Source: Mobula hypostoma (Eukaryota). Taken from it: a stretch of 64,000 nt of DNA. The position numbers were made by a program, and so were the translations under genes. Positions 12,232-23,610 of this stretch are shown piece after piece. Numbering within the stretch: position 1 is the first letter of the stretch; each line of letters opens with the position of its first letter. The notes beneath the pieces are model-generated. The model made no database searches, was not told the origin of the DNA, and worked only from the letters and a program-made list of their open reading frames with translations. The DNA is taken from assembly GCF_963921235.1 (NCBI RefSeq), contig NC_086118.1:13580001-13644000 (forward strand), in the 5' to 3' direction.

Positions 12232-12432
12232 AAAAATGCTGGAAATATTGAATAAAGTTGTTGGGAATACTTAGTGGATTGAAGAGAATCTGTAGAGAGG
12301 GAAATAGATTTGGTGTTTCAGGTTGATGACCTTTCAGTTCTGATGAATGCTCATTCACCTGGGATGTTAATTTTATGCCTTCTTCATAGGTGCTGCCTGA
12401 CCTGCTGAGCACATCCAACATTTTCTGTTTTT
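12232..12432. mobile_element. Old fold-back Penelope terminal-repeat-derived element
   Basis: aaaatgctggaaata...ccaacatttt inverted arms; degenerate CTGATGA core near 12340. Confidence 0.6.
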
Positions 12433-12641
12433 ATAACATATTTGCAAATTTCTCATGTTGTACTTATGCCAACTGAGCTGGAATAAACCAATAAATTTTC
12501 AACACTTCACATCTTGCTCTCATCTAAGAAGACAGGAGAGACCTACTTCAGTCACATTCAATGAACCAACCATCAAAAGATAACCTTGGATCTTCAATTA
12601 CCATGAGGGGAATTTGACGTTTCATAAGTAGATTATGATTA

Positions 12642-15600
12642 AACATAGAAACATAGAAAATAGGTGCAGGAGTAGGCCATTCGGCCCTTCGAGCCTGCAC
12701 CGCCATTTATTATGATCATGGCTGATCATCCAACTCAGAATCCCACCCCAGCCTTCCCTCCATACCCCCTGACCCCCGTAGCCACAAGGGCCATATCTAA
12801 CTCCCTCTTAAATATAGCCAATGAACTGGCCTCAACTGTTTCCTGTGCCAGAGAATTCCACAGATTCACCACTCTCTGTGTGAAGAAGTTTTTCCTAATC
12901 TCGGTCCTAAAAGGCTTCCCCTCTATCCTCAAACTGTGGCCCCTCGTTCTGGACTTCCCCAACATCGGGAACAATCTTCCTGCATCTAGCCTGTCCAATT
13001 CCTTTAGGATCTTATACGTTTCAATCAGATCCCCCCTCAATCTTCTAAATTCCAACGAGTACAAGCCCAGTTCATCCAGTCTTTCTTCATATGAAAGTCC
13101 TGCCATCCCAGGAATCAATCTGGTGAACCTTCCTTGTACTCCCTCTATGGCAAGGATGTCTTTCCTCAGATTAGGGGACCAAAACTGCACACAATACTCC
13201 AGGTGTGGTCTCACCAAGGCCTTGTACAACTGCAGTAGTACCTCCCTGCTCCTGTACTCGAATCCTCTCGCTATAAATGCCAGCATACCATTCGCCTTTT
13301 TCACCGCCTGCTGTACCTGCATGCCCACTTTCAATGACTGGTGTATAATGACACCCAGGTCTCGTTGCACCTCCCCTTTTCCTAATCGGCCACCATTCAG
13401 ATAATAAGCTGTTTTCCTATTTTTGCCACCAAAGTGGATAACTTCACATTTATCCATATTAAATTGCATCTGCCATGAATTTGCCCACTCACCCAACCTA
13501 TCCAAGTCACCCTGCATCCTCTTAGCATCCTCCTCACAGCTAACACTGCCACCCAGCTTCGTGTCATCCGCAAACTTGGAGATGCTGCATTTAATTCCCT
13601 CATCCAAGTCATTAATATGTATTGTAAACAACTGGGGTCCCAGCACTGAGCCTTGCGGTACCCCGCTAGTCACCGCCTGCCATTCTGAAAAGGTCCCGTT
13701 TATTCCCACTCTTTGCTTCCTGTCTGCTAACCAATTCTCCACCCACACCAATACCTTACCCCAATACCGTGTGCTTTAAGTTTGCACACTAATCTCCTGT
13801 GTGGGACCTTGTCAAAAGCCTTTTGAAAATCCAAATATGCCACATCCACTGGTTCGCCCCTATCCACTCTACTAGTTACATCCTCAAAAAATTCTATGAG
13901 ATTCGTCAGACATGATTTTCCTTTCACAAATCCATGCTGACTTTGTCCGATCATTTCACCGCTTTCCAAATGTGCTGTTATCACATCCTTGATAACTGAC
14001 TCCAGCAGTTTCCCCACCACCGACGTTAGGCTAACTGGTCTATAATTCCCCGGTTTCTCTCTCCCTCCTTTTTTAAAAAGTGGAGTTACATTAGCCACCC
14101 TCCAATCCTCAGGAACTAGTCCAGAATCTAATGAGTTTTGAAAAATTATCACTAATGCATCCACTATTTCTTGGGCTACTTCCTTAGGCACTCTAGGATG
14201 CAGACCATCTGGCCCTGGGGATTTATCTGCCTTCAATCCCTTCAATTTACCTAACACCACTTCCCTACTAACATGTATTTCACTCAGTTCCTCCATCTCA
14301 CTGGACACTCTGTCCCCTACTATTTCTGGAAGATTATTTATGTCCTCCTTAGTGAAGACAGAACCAAAGTAATTATTCAATTGGTCTGCCATGTCCTTGC
14401 TCCCCATAATCAATTCACCTGTTTCCGTATGCAGGGGACCTACATTTGTCTTTACCAGTCTTTTCCTTTTTACATATCTATAAAAGCTTTTACAGTAAAC
14501 AACAGGAATTCTGCAGATGCTGGAAATTCAAGCAACACACATCAAAGTTGCTGGTGAACGCAGCAGGCCAAGCAGCTCCCCTTCCTAATTAAGCCCTTTG
14601 TCCTCCTCTGCTGAACTCTGAATTTCTCCCAGTCCTCAGGTGAGCCACTTTCTCTGGCTAATTTTTATGCTTCTTCTTTGGAATTGATACTATCCCTAAT
14701 TTCTCTTGTCAGCCACGGGTGCACTACCTTCCTTGATTTATTCTTTTGCCAAACTGGGATGAACAATTGTTGTAGTTCATCCATGCAACCTTTAAATGCT
14801 TGCCATTGCATATCCACCATCAACCCTTTAAGTGTCATTTGCCAGTCTATCGTAGCTAATTCACGTCTCATACCTTCAAAGTTACCCCTCTTTAAGTTCA
14901 GAACCTTTGTTTCTGAATTAACTATATCACTCTCCATCTTAATGAAGAATTCCACCATATTATGGTCACTCTTACCCAAGGGGCCTCTCACGACAAGATC
15001 GCTAATTAACCCTTCCTCATTGCTCAAAACCCAGTCGAGAATAGCCTGCTCTCTAGTTGGTTCCTCGACATGTTGGTTCAAAAAACCATCCCGCATACAT
15101 TCCAAGAAATCCTCTTCCTCAGCACCTTTACCAATTTGGTTCACCCAATCTACATGTAGATTGAAGTCACCCATTATAACTGCTGTTCCTTTATTGCACA
15201 CATTTCTAATTTCCTGTTTAATACCATCTCCGACCTCACTACTACTGTTAGGTGGCCTGTACACAACTCCCACCAGCGTCTTCTGCCCCTTAGTGTTACG
15301 CAGCTCTACCCATATCGATTCCACATCTTCCCGGCTTATGTCCTTCCTTTCTATTGCGTTAATATCCTCTCTAACCAGCAACGCCACCCCACCTCCCCTT
15401 CCTTCATGTCTATCCCTCCTGAATATTGAATATCCCTGAACGTTGAGCTCCCATCCCTGGTCACCCTGGAGCCATGTCTCTGTGATCCCAACTATATCAT
15501 AATCATTAATAACAATCTGCACTTTCAATTCATCCACCTTATTACGAATGCTCCTTGCATTGACACACAAAGCCTTCAGGCGCTCTTTTACAACTCTCTT

Positions 15601-15838
15601 AGCCCTTATACAATTATGTTGAAAAGTGGCCCTTTTTAATGCTTGCCCTGGATTTGTCGGCCTGCCACTTTTACTTTTCTCCTTAGTACTTTTTGCTTCT
15701 ACCCTCACTTTACATTCCTCTGTCTCTCTGCACTGGTTCCCATCCCCCTGTTGTGAACTAACCTCCTCACACCTAGCCTCTTTAATTTGATTCCCACCCC
15801 CCAACCATTCTAGTTTAAAGTCACCTCAGTAGCCCCCG
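12642..15838 (-). mobile_element. Young CR1 (HER1-like) LINE: end of ORF1 plus full-length ORF2 (APE endonuclease and RT), disrupted
   Basis: ORFs 14665-15804 (NARSI, GITETW, GDFN, SDH), 13727-14413, 12735-13751 (PQGSVLGP, FADD); (TTCTATGT)n-type tail. Confidence 0.95.
14497..14576 (-). mobile_element. Penelope terminal-repeat fragment inserted into CR1 ORF2
   Basis: 80 bp matching 20578-20657; replaces 42 bp that are present in the sister CR1 copy at 59980-60021. Confidence 0.85.
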
Positions 15839-15999
15839 GTAGAATATCACCAATAAAGTACAAATTGACATAGGTGCTGAATTATATTGTCATGTATGTT
15901 TAATAACAATTTACAAACATTACATTTGTTCAATCTGTCTGCAGCCTTTACTAAGAACCATCAAAGTGGCCAAACAAATTCATTTTTATTGTTTGTGGG

Positions 16000-16372
16000 T
16001 GGATATAGAGGTATTTAAAATTATGAGGGGGATAGATAGAGTTGATGTGGATAGGCTTTTTCCATTGAGAGTGGGGGAGATTCAAACAAGAGGACATGAG
16101 TTGAGAGTTAGGGGGAAAAGTTTAGGGGTAACATGAGGGAGAACTTCTTTACTCAGAGAGTGGTGGCTGTGTGGAACGAGCTTCCAGCAGAAGTGGTAGA
16201 GGCAGGTTCGATATTGCCATTTAAAGTTAAATTGGATAGATATACGGACAGGAAAGGGATGGAGGGTTATGGGCTGAGTGCAGGTCGGTGAGGCTAGGTG
16301 AGAGTAAGAGTTTGGCACAGACTAGAAGGGCTGAGATGGCCTGTTTCCGTGCTGTAATTGTTATATGGTTAT
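16000..16372 (+). mobile_element. CR1 LINE 3' end fragment
   Basis: EVFKIMRGIDRVDVDRLFP...FFTQRVVAVWNELP, followed by a CR1-type 3' UTR. Confidence 0.85.
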
Positions 16373-16429
16373 ATTATATATTTATTCATGAATAAAGTGA
16401 TATTGTTTTAAGTAGGAAAATAATATGAG

Positions 16430-19275
16430 GGAACATGGCGCCAAAAGATTTAGGGATGGTTTTAAATGAACTTTTTGCATTTGTGTTTACCAGGAGATAG
16501 AAACAGTCTATGGAACTGAGGCAAAACTGGAGTGAGATAATGGACTCTAGTAAGTTCCCAGGACCTGACAAGGTGTCCCATTGGACCTTGTAGGAGGCTG
16601 GTGCAGATTTTACAGGGACCCTGGCCGTGATGTTTAAAATGTCCTTAGCTATGGGTGAGTTGCCAGAGGACTGGAGGATAGCTAATGTTGTGCCATTATT
16701 TAAGTAAGGCTCTAAGAATAAACTGGCAAATTATAGGTTGGTGAGCCTGACATCAGTAGGGGGTAAATTACTGGAAGCTATTTTAAGTCAACAGATTTAT
16801 AAGTAACATACATCAAAGTTGCTGGTGAACGCAGCAGGCCAAGCAGCATCTATAGGAAGAGGCGCAGTCGACGTTTCAGGCCGAGACAGGGCTTGAGTAG
16901 GGATAGTCTACATGATTTTGTGCATGTTAGTTCATGTCTGACAAATCGTATATCATTTTTCATGGAGTTTACCAGGAAAGTTGGTGAAGAAATGGCAGTG
17001 GGCATTAACTTTGGCAATTCCTTTGACCAAGTTCTGCAGAAAGGCGGGTCCGGAAGTTTCAGGCACTTGGCATTCAGGATGAAGTAGTAAATTCAATTCA
17101 ACATTGGTTTTGTGGGAGAAGCGAGAGAGTGGTAATAGATGGTTGCCTCTCTAACTGGTGGCCAGAGACTAGTGGTAAGTGGTGCTGGATCTGTTGTTGT
17201 TTATCATCCAAATCATAAGTATAGATGGCAATGTGGTAAATTGGATCAGCAGCTTTGCAGATGATGCCAAGATTGGGGCTTAGTGCACAGTAAGGAAGGT
17301 TATAAATCTTTGCAAAGGGATCTGGATCAGCTGGAGTAATGGGGTGAACAGTGGCAGTTGTAACTTAATGCAAACAAGTGTGAGGTGTTCCACATTGGGA
17401 GGACAAACAGGATAGGATCTACACAGTAAGCAGTAGTGGACTGAGAGTAGAATAGAGTGAAATGAGAGTACAGATTCATAATTTCTTGAAAGTGGCATCG
17501 CAGGTAGATAGGGCTATAAGAGAGCTTCTACAAGTTGGCCTTCATAAATCAGAGCATTGAGAAGAAGAATTGTGATGTTGTGTTGAAGTTGTATAATACA
17601 TAGGTGAGGCTAAACTTGGATTATTATGTGCATTTCTGGTCACCTATTTACATGCATGATATAAAAAGATTGAAAGAGTATGGAGTACAAGGACGTTGCT
17701 CAGACTAGAGAACCTGAGATATAGGGAAAGGCTGAATAGGTTGAAACTTTATTCCCTGAAGTGTAAGAGAATGAGGGAAGATTTGATAGAGGTATATAAA
17801 ATTATGAGGGTGATAAATAGGGTTAATGCATGCAGACTTTATGTCATGGTCCAGTCCGTGAAGTCCGCATTCCACTTCACGGTCCAGTCCGTGGACTCAG
17901 GACTCCGGGTCTTCCAGCTGTCCCTTGTTTGGTTGAGTTAATCATAGGCACCTGATTCCCGTCTTGCGGCTTGGAATTTAAGTGGCCTTGGGGTCAAGTG
18001 TGAGAGGCTGGTTTGTCTTGTCAAGATCCCCTAGGAGCAACCTGCCAGTGGAAGGCTGGAGCGGCCACTTGCCACCTTTAGGCCGTGTTGGAGAACCATC
18101 GCTTCATGGAACCTTGCTGTCGGTAGTCGGAGCTGACTTTGTGGTATGGATTCGGCTGTTTCCCGGGCCAGCTGAGTGGCTGCCAGCCGCTCCGAGCTAG
18201 GTAGGGATCTGGCTGTTTCTGTAGCCATCTGAGGTTGCTGGCTGAACTGCGACTTGGAGCATCCCCGATGCAGAGATGGAACTGTCTGTCGTTCTCCGGT
18301 GTTTGTCTTGTCTTGTCCTCGCCTTCGTGGGGTAAGTCAGGCTGTTCTGCTGTTGCCCTGCAGGGGGATCTGTCTTGTCTTGTCTTGACTTTGCTTCTGT
18401 TGGGTAAGTTCAGCCGCTCTGTTGTTACCCGGCAGATAGTCCTGTCCCAGCTAGGTGTGGAGAAGAAGTTGAGTCCCGGCTTGTCTAAGTATAAGTCCCG
18501 GCTCTATGTCTATGTACCGTCCTGTCTCATGTTGGTGTCGTGTTAAAGATGAGTCCCGGCTTTTCGAAGGATAAGCCCCGGCTCTGTGTTGATGTATAGT
18601 TCCCAGTCTGTCTCTGGGCTCCAGCCTCCGAGTTATCAGCCCTTACATTCCAGGACCCAAGACCCCTGCCTGTCTCTAAGCTCAGGCCTCAAGACCCCAT
18701 GGCCTTGCCTGGTTCTGGGGCCCGAGCCCGAGGCAAGACCCGGTACTTGGTCCTTGTCCAGTCTCCGGCTTGGAGCCCCATCTCAGGCTCCTAGTTCATA
18801 GTTCCTTGTTCGGGTTCCCTGTCTAGTCAATGTCCTAGCCCAAGTCTGCATTCTTGTCCCTGCTCCTTGTCTGTATCCTGTCACGTCCCAACTCTAGTCA
18901 AGTCCTGTTCCTTGTACTTCAGTGTCTGTGTCTTGCATTTGGGTCCATTTCCAACGCCCCCTTTGTGACACTTTATCCACTGAGATTGCATGAGACTAGA
19001 AATAGAGGTCATAGGATAAGAGCAAAAGATGAAATGTTTTAGGGAAGCCTGACTTTGTCACTCAGATGATGGTGTGAGTGTGAAATGAGCTGCCAGCAGA
19101 AGTGGAGGCTATGGGTTTGATTGCAACATTTAAGAGAATTTTTGATAAGTAGCTTACAATGATGAGAGAGGAATGGAGGGCTATGTTTCAGGTGACATTT
19201 GATGGGATTAGGCAGAATCACAGTTCTGCAGAGACTAGATGAGTCCATTTCTGTGCTGTAGTGCTGTGTGACTCG
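16430..19275 (+). mobile_element. Decayed CR1 LINE ORF2/3' end, interrupted by a Penelope fragment (16804-16887) and a solo LTR
   Basis: WRIANVVPLF, FADDAKIG and LIEVYKIMR remnants. Confidence 0.85.
17842..18970 (+). mobile_element. Solo LTR (about 1.13 kb)
   Basis: TGTCA...TGACA termini; perfect CTTTA 5-bp TSD; related copy at 43006-44066; orientation uncertain. Confidence 0.88.
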
Positions 19276-20259
19276 ATGTACAAGGGGTGGAAGGTGGGAG
19301 GGAAAAGTGAGAATTGCTGTAGGATTAGTGGCCCAGAGGTTGGAACAGCAATACTAAATTATTACCATTAGTTGAAATAAATATCCATTAAGCTTCTGAG
19401 TGTCAGTTGCAAATTATTTTGTACAGAGTCTCTGAGAAAACACAGTGATTTTTAATCCTTTTGCTTCTGCTGTCTTTTTCCCTTGTTCAAAAGTTACACA
19501 GATTTGTTGAAGACCCTTCATCCAATCAAATGCTTTTGTTCTGTCGTTTATCAATGTATAAAATGTAATTGAGTCATGTAGTTATAGAAGATAACATTAT
19601 ATCATTGCATATATATGACACAATCTTCATGTCTTAGCATCCATTGTTGTTAGACCAGAGCTAAGTATTCATTCTTGCTTCGAAGCTCCTACAGATATAA
19701 TTGTAGCTGGAACTTACCGCTGCTTCAAAGAGCATTCAGCTTCCACATATCCAACAATAATGCCATTGTTGCTGAGGCTTGTTTGAATTATTAACGTAAA
19801 GAGAAAAAGAAGTCATCAATGCACTCACATAGGATCTGCCTTACATTAAAGCTCATTGTGAGACCTTGAAAAGCTCAGTGGTTGTGCGGCATAAATTGCA
19901 GAATATGATTGCTATCATTTGGGTTTATAATTGCATTCATGTGGCCACTCAGGGTAAAGGGGGTGCAAGGAGGAATGTTCATAAGTCAAAGGCACTTGAT
20001 TTAAAACAACTGATTTTAGAGCAAAATTAAAACAAGACAAGGCAGTGTTATTCTACAACATAATGGAATATGCTGGGTGGAAAATGTGAACACCAAGGTA
20101 GCTTAAAGTGTATCATTCCAACTAGCAAAGCAAGAAAATGACACCTAAAGCATGAGCAGGCAAGCTGAGATGAATAACAAGGCTTTATAATTAACTTAAT
20201 TTGACATGAAGAGGATAGGAATGATTCTCATGCTCTGTAATTCTTGAGTGGAAGATATT

Positions 20260-20577
20260 CTGTGAACAGGCAGCCCAGTACATCATAGGCGAAGCTCTCC
20301 CCACCATCGAGCACATCTACAAGGAGTGCTGCCAGAAGAAAACAGCACCCATCATCAGGGGCCCCCACCATCCAGACCATCTGGAGGGAGGTACAAGAAC
20401 CTTAGGTCCCAAACCGCAGCTTCGGGAAGAGTCATTACCCTGAACCAAAATAGGTAACTTCACTAACTTCAAATCCGAACTGTGTCCACAACCTATGGAT
20501 TTACTAACTCATGTTCTCAGTATTATTTACTTATTTGTTTTTTATATATTTATATTTGGACAGTTTATCTTTTTGCA
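20260..20577 (+). mobile_element. Rex1/Babar-like LINE 3' end
   Basis: AAQYIIGEALPTIEHIYKECCQKKTAPII-like RT C-terminus and a 3' UTR shared with 54740-55085. Confidence 0.7.
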
Positions 20578-20830
20578 AACAACAGGAATTCTGCAGATGC
20601 TGGAAATTCAAGCAACACACATCAAAGTTGTTGGTGAACGCAGCAGGCCAGGCAGCATCTCTAGGAAGAGGTGCAGTCGACGTTTCAGGCCGAGACCCTT
20701 CGTCAGGACTAACTGAAGGAAGAGTGAGTAAGGGATTTGAAAGTTGGAGGGGGAGGGGGAGATCCAAAATGATAGGAGAAGACAGGAGGGGGAGGGATGG
20801 AGCCAAGAGCTGGACAGGTGATAGGCAAAA
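20578..20830 (-). mobile_element. Penelope-like element terminal repeat (pLTR) containing a hammerhead motif
   Basis: Homologous to the end of the RT/GIY-YIG element at 48190; contains CTGACGA...GAAACGTC. Confidence 0.85.
20675..20710 (-). ncRNA. Minimal type I hammerhead ribozyme motif (Penelope type)
   Basis: AGUC-CUGACGA-AGGGUCUCGGCCU-GAAA-CG-UC-GACU; stem I AGUC/GACU, stem II AGG/CCU, palindromic ACGU stem III, GUC triplet. Confidence 0.75.
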
Positions 20831-21789
20831 GGAACAAAACAAAGTGACCTTATTCACAGAAATCAGCACCAGAGCATATGGCATACTTACTAAAGTAAGA
20901 GCTTTGTAGAAAGCTAAGGATGTCTCATCAGCAGCTGTAACTTCAGAGGTTAAAGGGGTTTGAGAGAGCGGACAGCTGTAAATTCAACACACTCAGTCAG
21001 AGAATGGGAGAGAAGCTGTGTGCAACTACATCACATGCTGATAAACATATTGAGATAATGCAACTTTGGAAAGATTTACCTCATATTTATAGACAATTTT
21101 ATGTGTATTCTTAGAGATTAAAAGACCAGCAGAAACTGTTATAGGTGCAAAAGGATTCAAATTTGATGTGCCATTCAGTTTGAAACTTCGAAGGAGATGG
21201 CAGCAAGGTTACCAAAGACTCCATTCTGTACCAGTCATTAACCTACTGACCTACAGTCAGATAACATGTGATTGAATGGTGTAATTCAGTTCTTTTCAGT
21301 AACAACGGCAGTTCTTTTATTACCTCGTAATTGTCCTTTATAAGAAGTCTAAGTGTTATTAATGTCAGGACATGGGACACATAGTACAGATCCTCCACAG
21401 CTTACAAATGCCTAGCTTAATTACAGCCTGTTCATACGAGTGAGCAATTGGAAACCGATGGGAAGGATTTGCCATCCCAGATTGTGGCCGCACTTCCAGC
21501 TGGTGAACTGTCCTCCTTAGAAATAGTTCCCAGGAACAGAATCCTGCTGAAACCTAGGATGGACCCGTCCCTGCTTGTAAACTGGAAGACTAGGCACAGA
21601 TATTAGTGTCATTTCTAATGTAGCATCAGTCGAGGGTTTTCTCAGAAAATCAAAAGCAGGAAATCTGCACAATATGACAAACACTGCAGCTGACACAGAA
21701 CTTGCTTTGAACAGCAACTATGCCACCAACAACCATTGTGTGAGACAATGGGACTTTAAGGTCCAAGTCTGTGATTAAAGAGAGTACTG

Positions 21790-22360
21790 ATGCCGACCAT
21801 TCCGTAATGAAAGTGGAAACGATTGACAAACAGTATAGTAGCTTACCGTCACTAAGGAACTCTATTCCTAATTCATCAGCAACTGAAGCCGTCTATATCT
21901 GCATGCAGCAAGATCTGATGAGGTGTTAAGTGGTAAATAAAAGTCATACCTCAGAATGATCAGGCAATGAACGTCTCCAACAAGAGAGAATAATTACTCA
22001 CCTTTGATGTTCAATGACACTGCCATCTCTGAGTCCCTCACAGTCAATATTCGGGGGAGAAAACATTGTTGACCAGAAACTCAACTAACATACTGCTTAA
22101 ATACAATGCCTATGAGAGCAGGTCAGATGCTGTCTTGTTATCCCCTACACATGGTATCTCCAGTGTGTATCATCTACAAAATATGTAGCTGTTAATCAGG
22201 CTATTCCAGCAGCACATTGTAAACCTGTGACCTCCAACAACGAGAAAAAGAGGAGCAGGAGAATTATGGGAATATCACCATCTATAGATGCCACACACTA
22301 TCCTGATGGAAATATATTGCCAGTCCATTATCAATGTTCCTGTAATTCCATACTCAACAA
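21790..22360 (+). mobile_element. Old CR1/L2-like LINE RT fragment
   Basis: Remnants such as MQQDL and DQKLN; same type as 63795-64000. Confidence 0.5.
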
Positions 22361-22799
22361 GAGTGTGGGAGCCACAAGTCTGGAAAAAAGTTGGAGGAAC
22401 TCAACTGGTTTAACAGTATCTATGGAGGAGAACGAACAGATGATGGTTCAGGTCAAAAGCATTTATCGCATGCTAAATTATTGACTATATGTTTCCATCT
22501 ATAGATACCTGCCTGATTTACAGAGTTCCTCCAGGTCTTTTGAAGATCGTGGGAGCACCTTTACCCGAAAGAATGTAGGAATTCAAGCAAGGGACACGCC
22601 ATAACTTTCTCAAAGGCAGTTAATGATGGGAAGTAAATGCTGGCCATATCAGTGACACCATTATCAAGAAAATAAAACTAAATAAAAACATATACATGCC
22701 TATATACAGATAAACCTGGAAGAGAACCAGCAGAAGTTACTCACTATCTGTATGCACACAGTGATTTACTCCTACATTATATTAAAATACAAAGTCAAG

Positions 22800-23290
22800 T
22801 TAGAGTCACAGAACACTACAACACAGAAACAGGCCTTTCAGCCCATCTATCTGTACCAAACCGTTAATCTGCCTAGTTCTGATAACTTCCTCAAAAAACC
22901 TTTTAAGATTAGGAAGACACAACTTACCATGCACAAAGCCATGTTGACTATCCCTAATCAGTCCCGGTCTATCCAAATACTTATACAGTATATCCAGTCC
23001 TTTAGAATAATTTTCTATAATTCTCCCACTACTGATGTCAGGCTCACAGGCCTATAATTTCCTGGTTTATTTTAGAGCCTTTCTAAAACCATGGAACAAC
23101 ATTAGTTATCCTCCAATCCTTCGGGTCCTTACTTGTAGCTAAGGGTGTCATAAATATTTCTGCCAGGGCCTTTGTATTTTCTGCACTTGCCTCCCACAGG
23201 GTCAAAGGGAACACCTTGTCAGGCCCTGGGGATTTGTCCACCCTAATTTGCCTCACAACAGCAAACACCTCCTCCTCTGTAATCTGTATA
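22800..23290 (-). mobile_element. CR1 LINE fragments (3' UTR joined to an ORF2 piece)
   Basis: ORF 23083-23346 ITEEEVFAVVRQIRVDKSPGPDKVFP...WRITNVVP. Confidence 0.8.
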
Positions 23291-23482
23291 GACTTCCCTA
23301 CTGCTTTATCAATATCAAAAAAGATCCTCCAGTCTGCCATGGACAAAACTTTCTAGGACTTTGTCAATTGTACATGTTGTCAAATTGATCTTATTGAGTT
23401 ACTATGTGTATCCTTAATACAGAACTTCAGTTCTCAGCGTGCAATGTGGGCAGTTCACCCATAACCGGAAGTGACGTCGGTC

Positions 23483-23610
23483 AAAGGGTTTTGGCCCGCA
23501 ACGTCGACTGTACTTTTTTCCATAGATGCTGCCTGGCCTGCTGAGTTCCTCCAGCATTTTGTGTGTGTGTGTTGCTCAGATTTCCAGCATCTGCAGGTTT
23601 TCTCTTGTTA
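23483..23610 (+). mobile_element. Penelope pLTR fragment with a degenerate hammerhead
   Basis: aagggttttggcccgcaacgtcgactgt...gatgctgcctggcctgctgagttcctccagcat. Confidence 0.75.

Noticed and set aside
12712..15439. Long plus-strand ORFs (230, 118 and 253 aa), and their equivalents at 58194-60563
   Set aside because: Antisense shadows of CR1 ORF2
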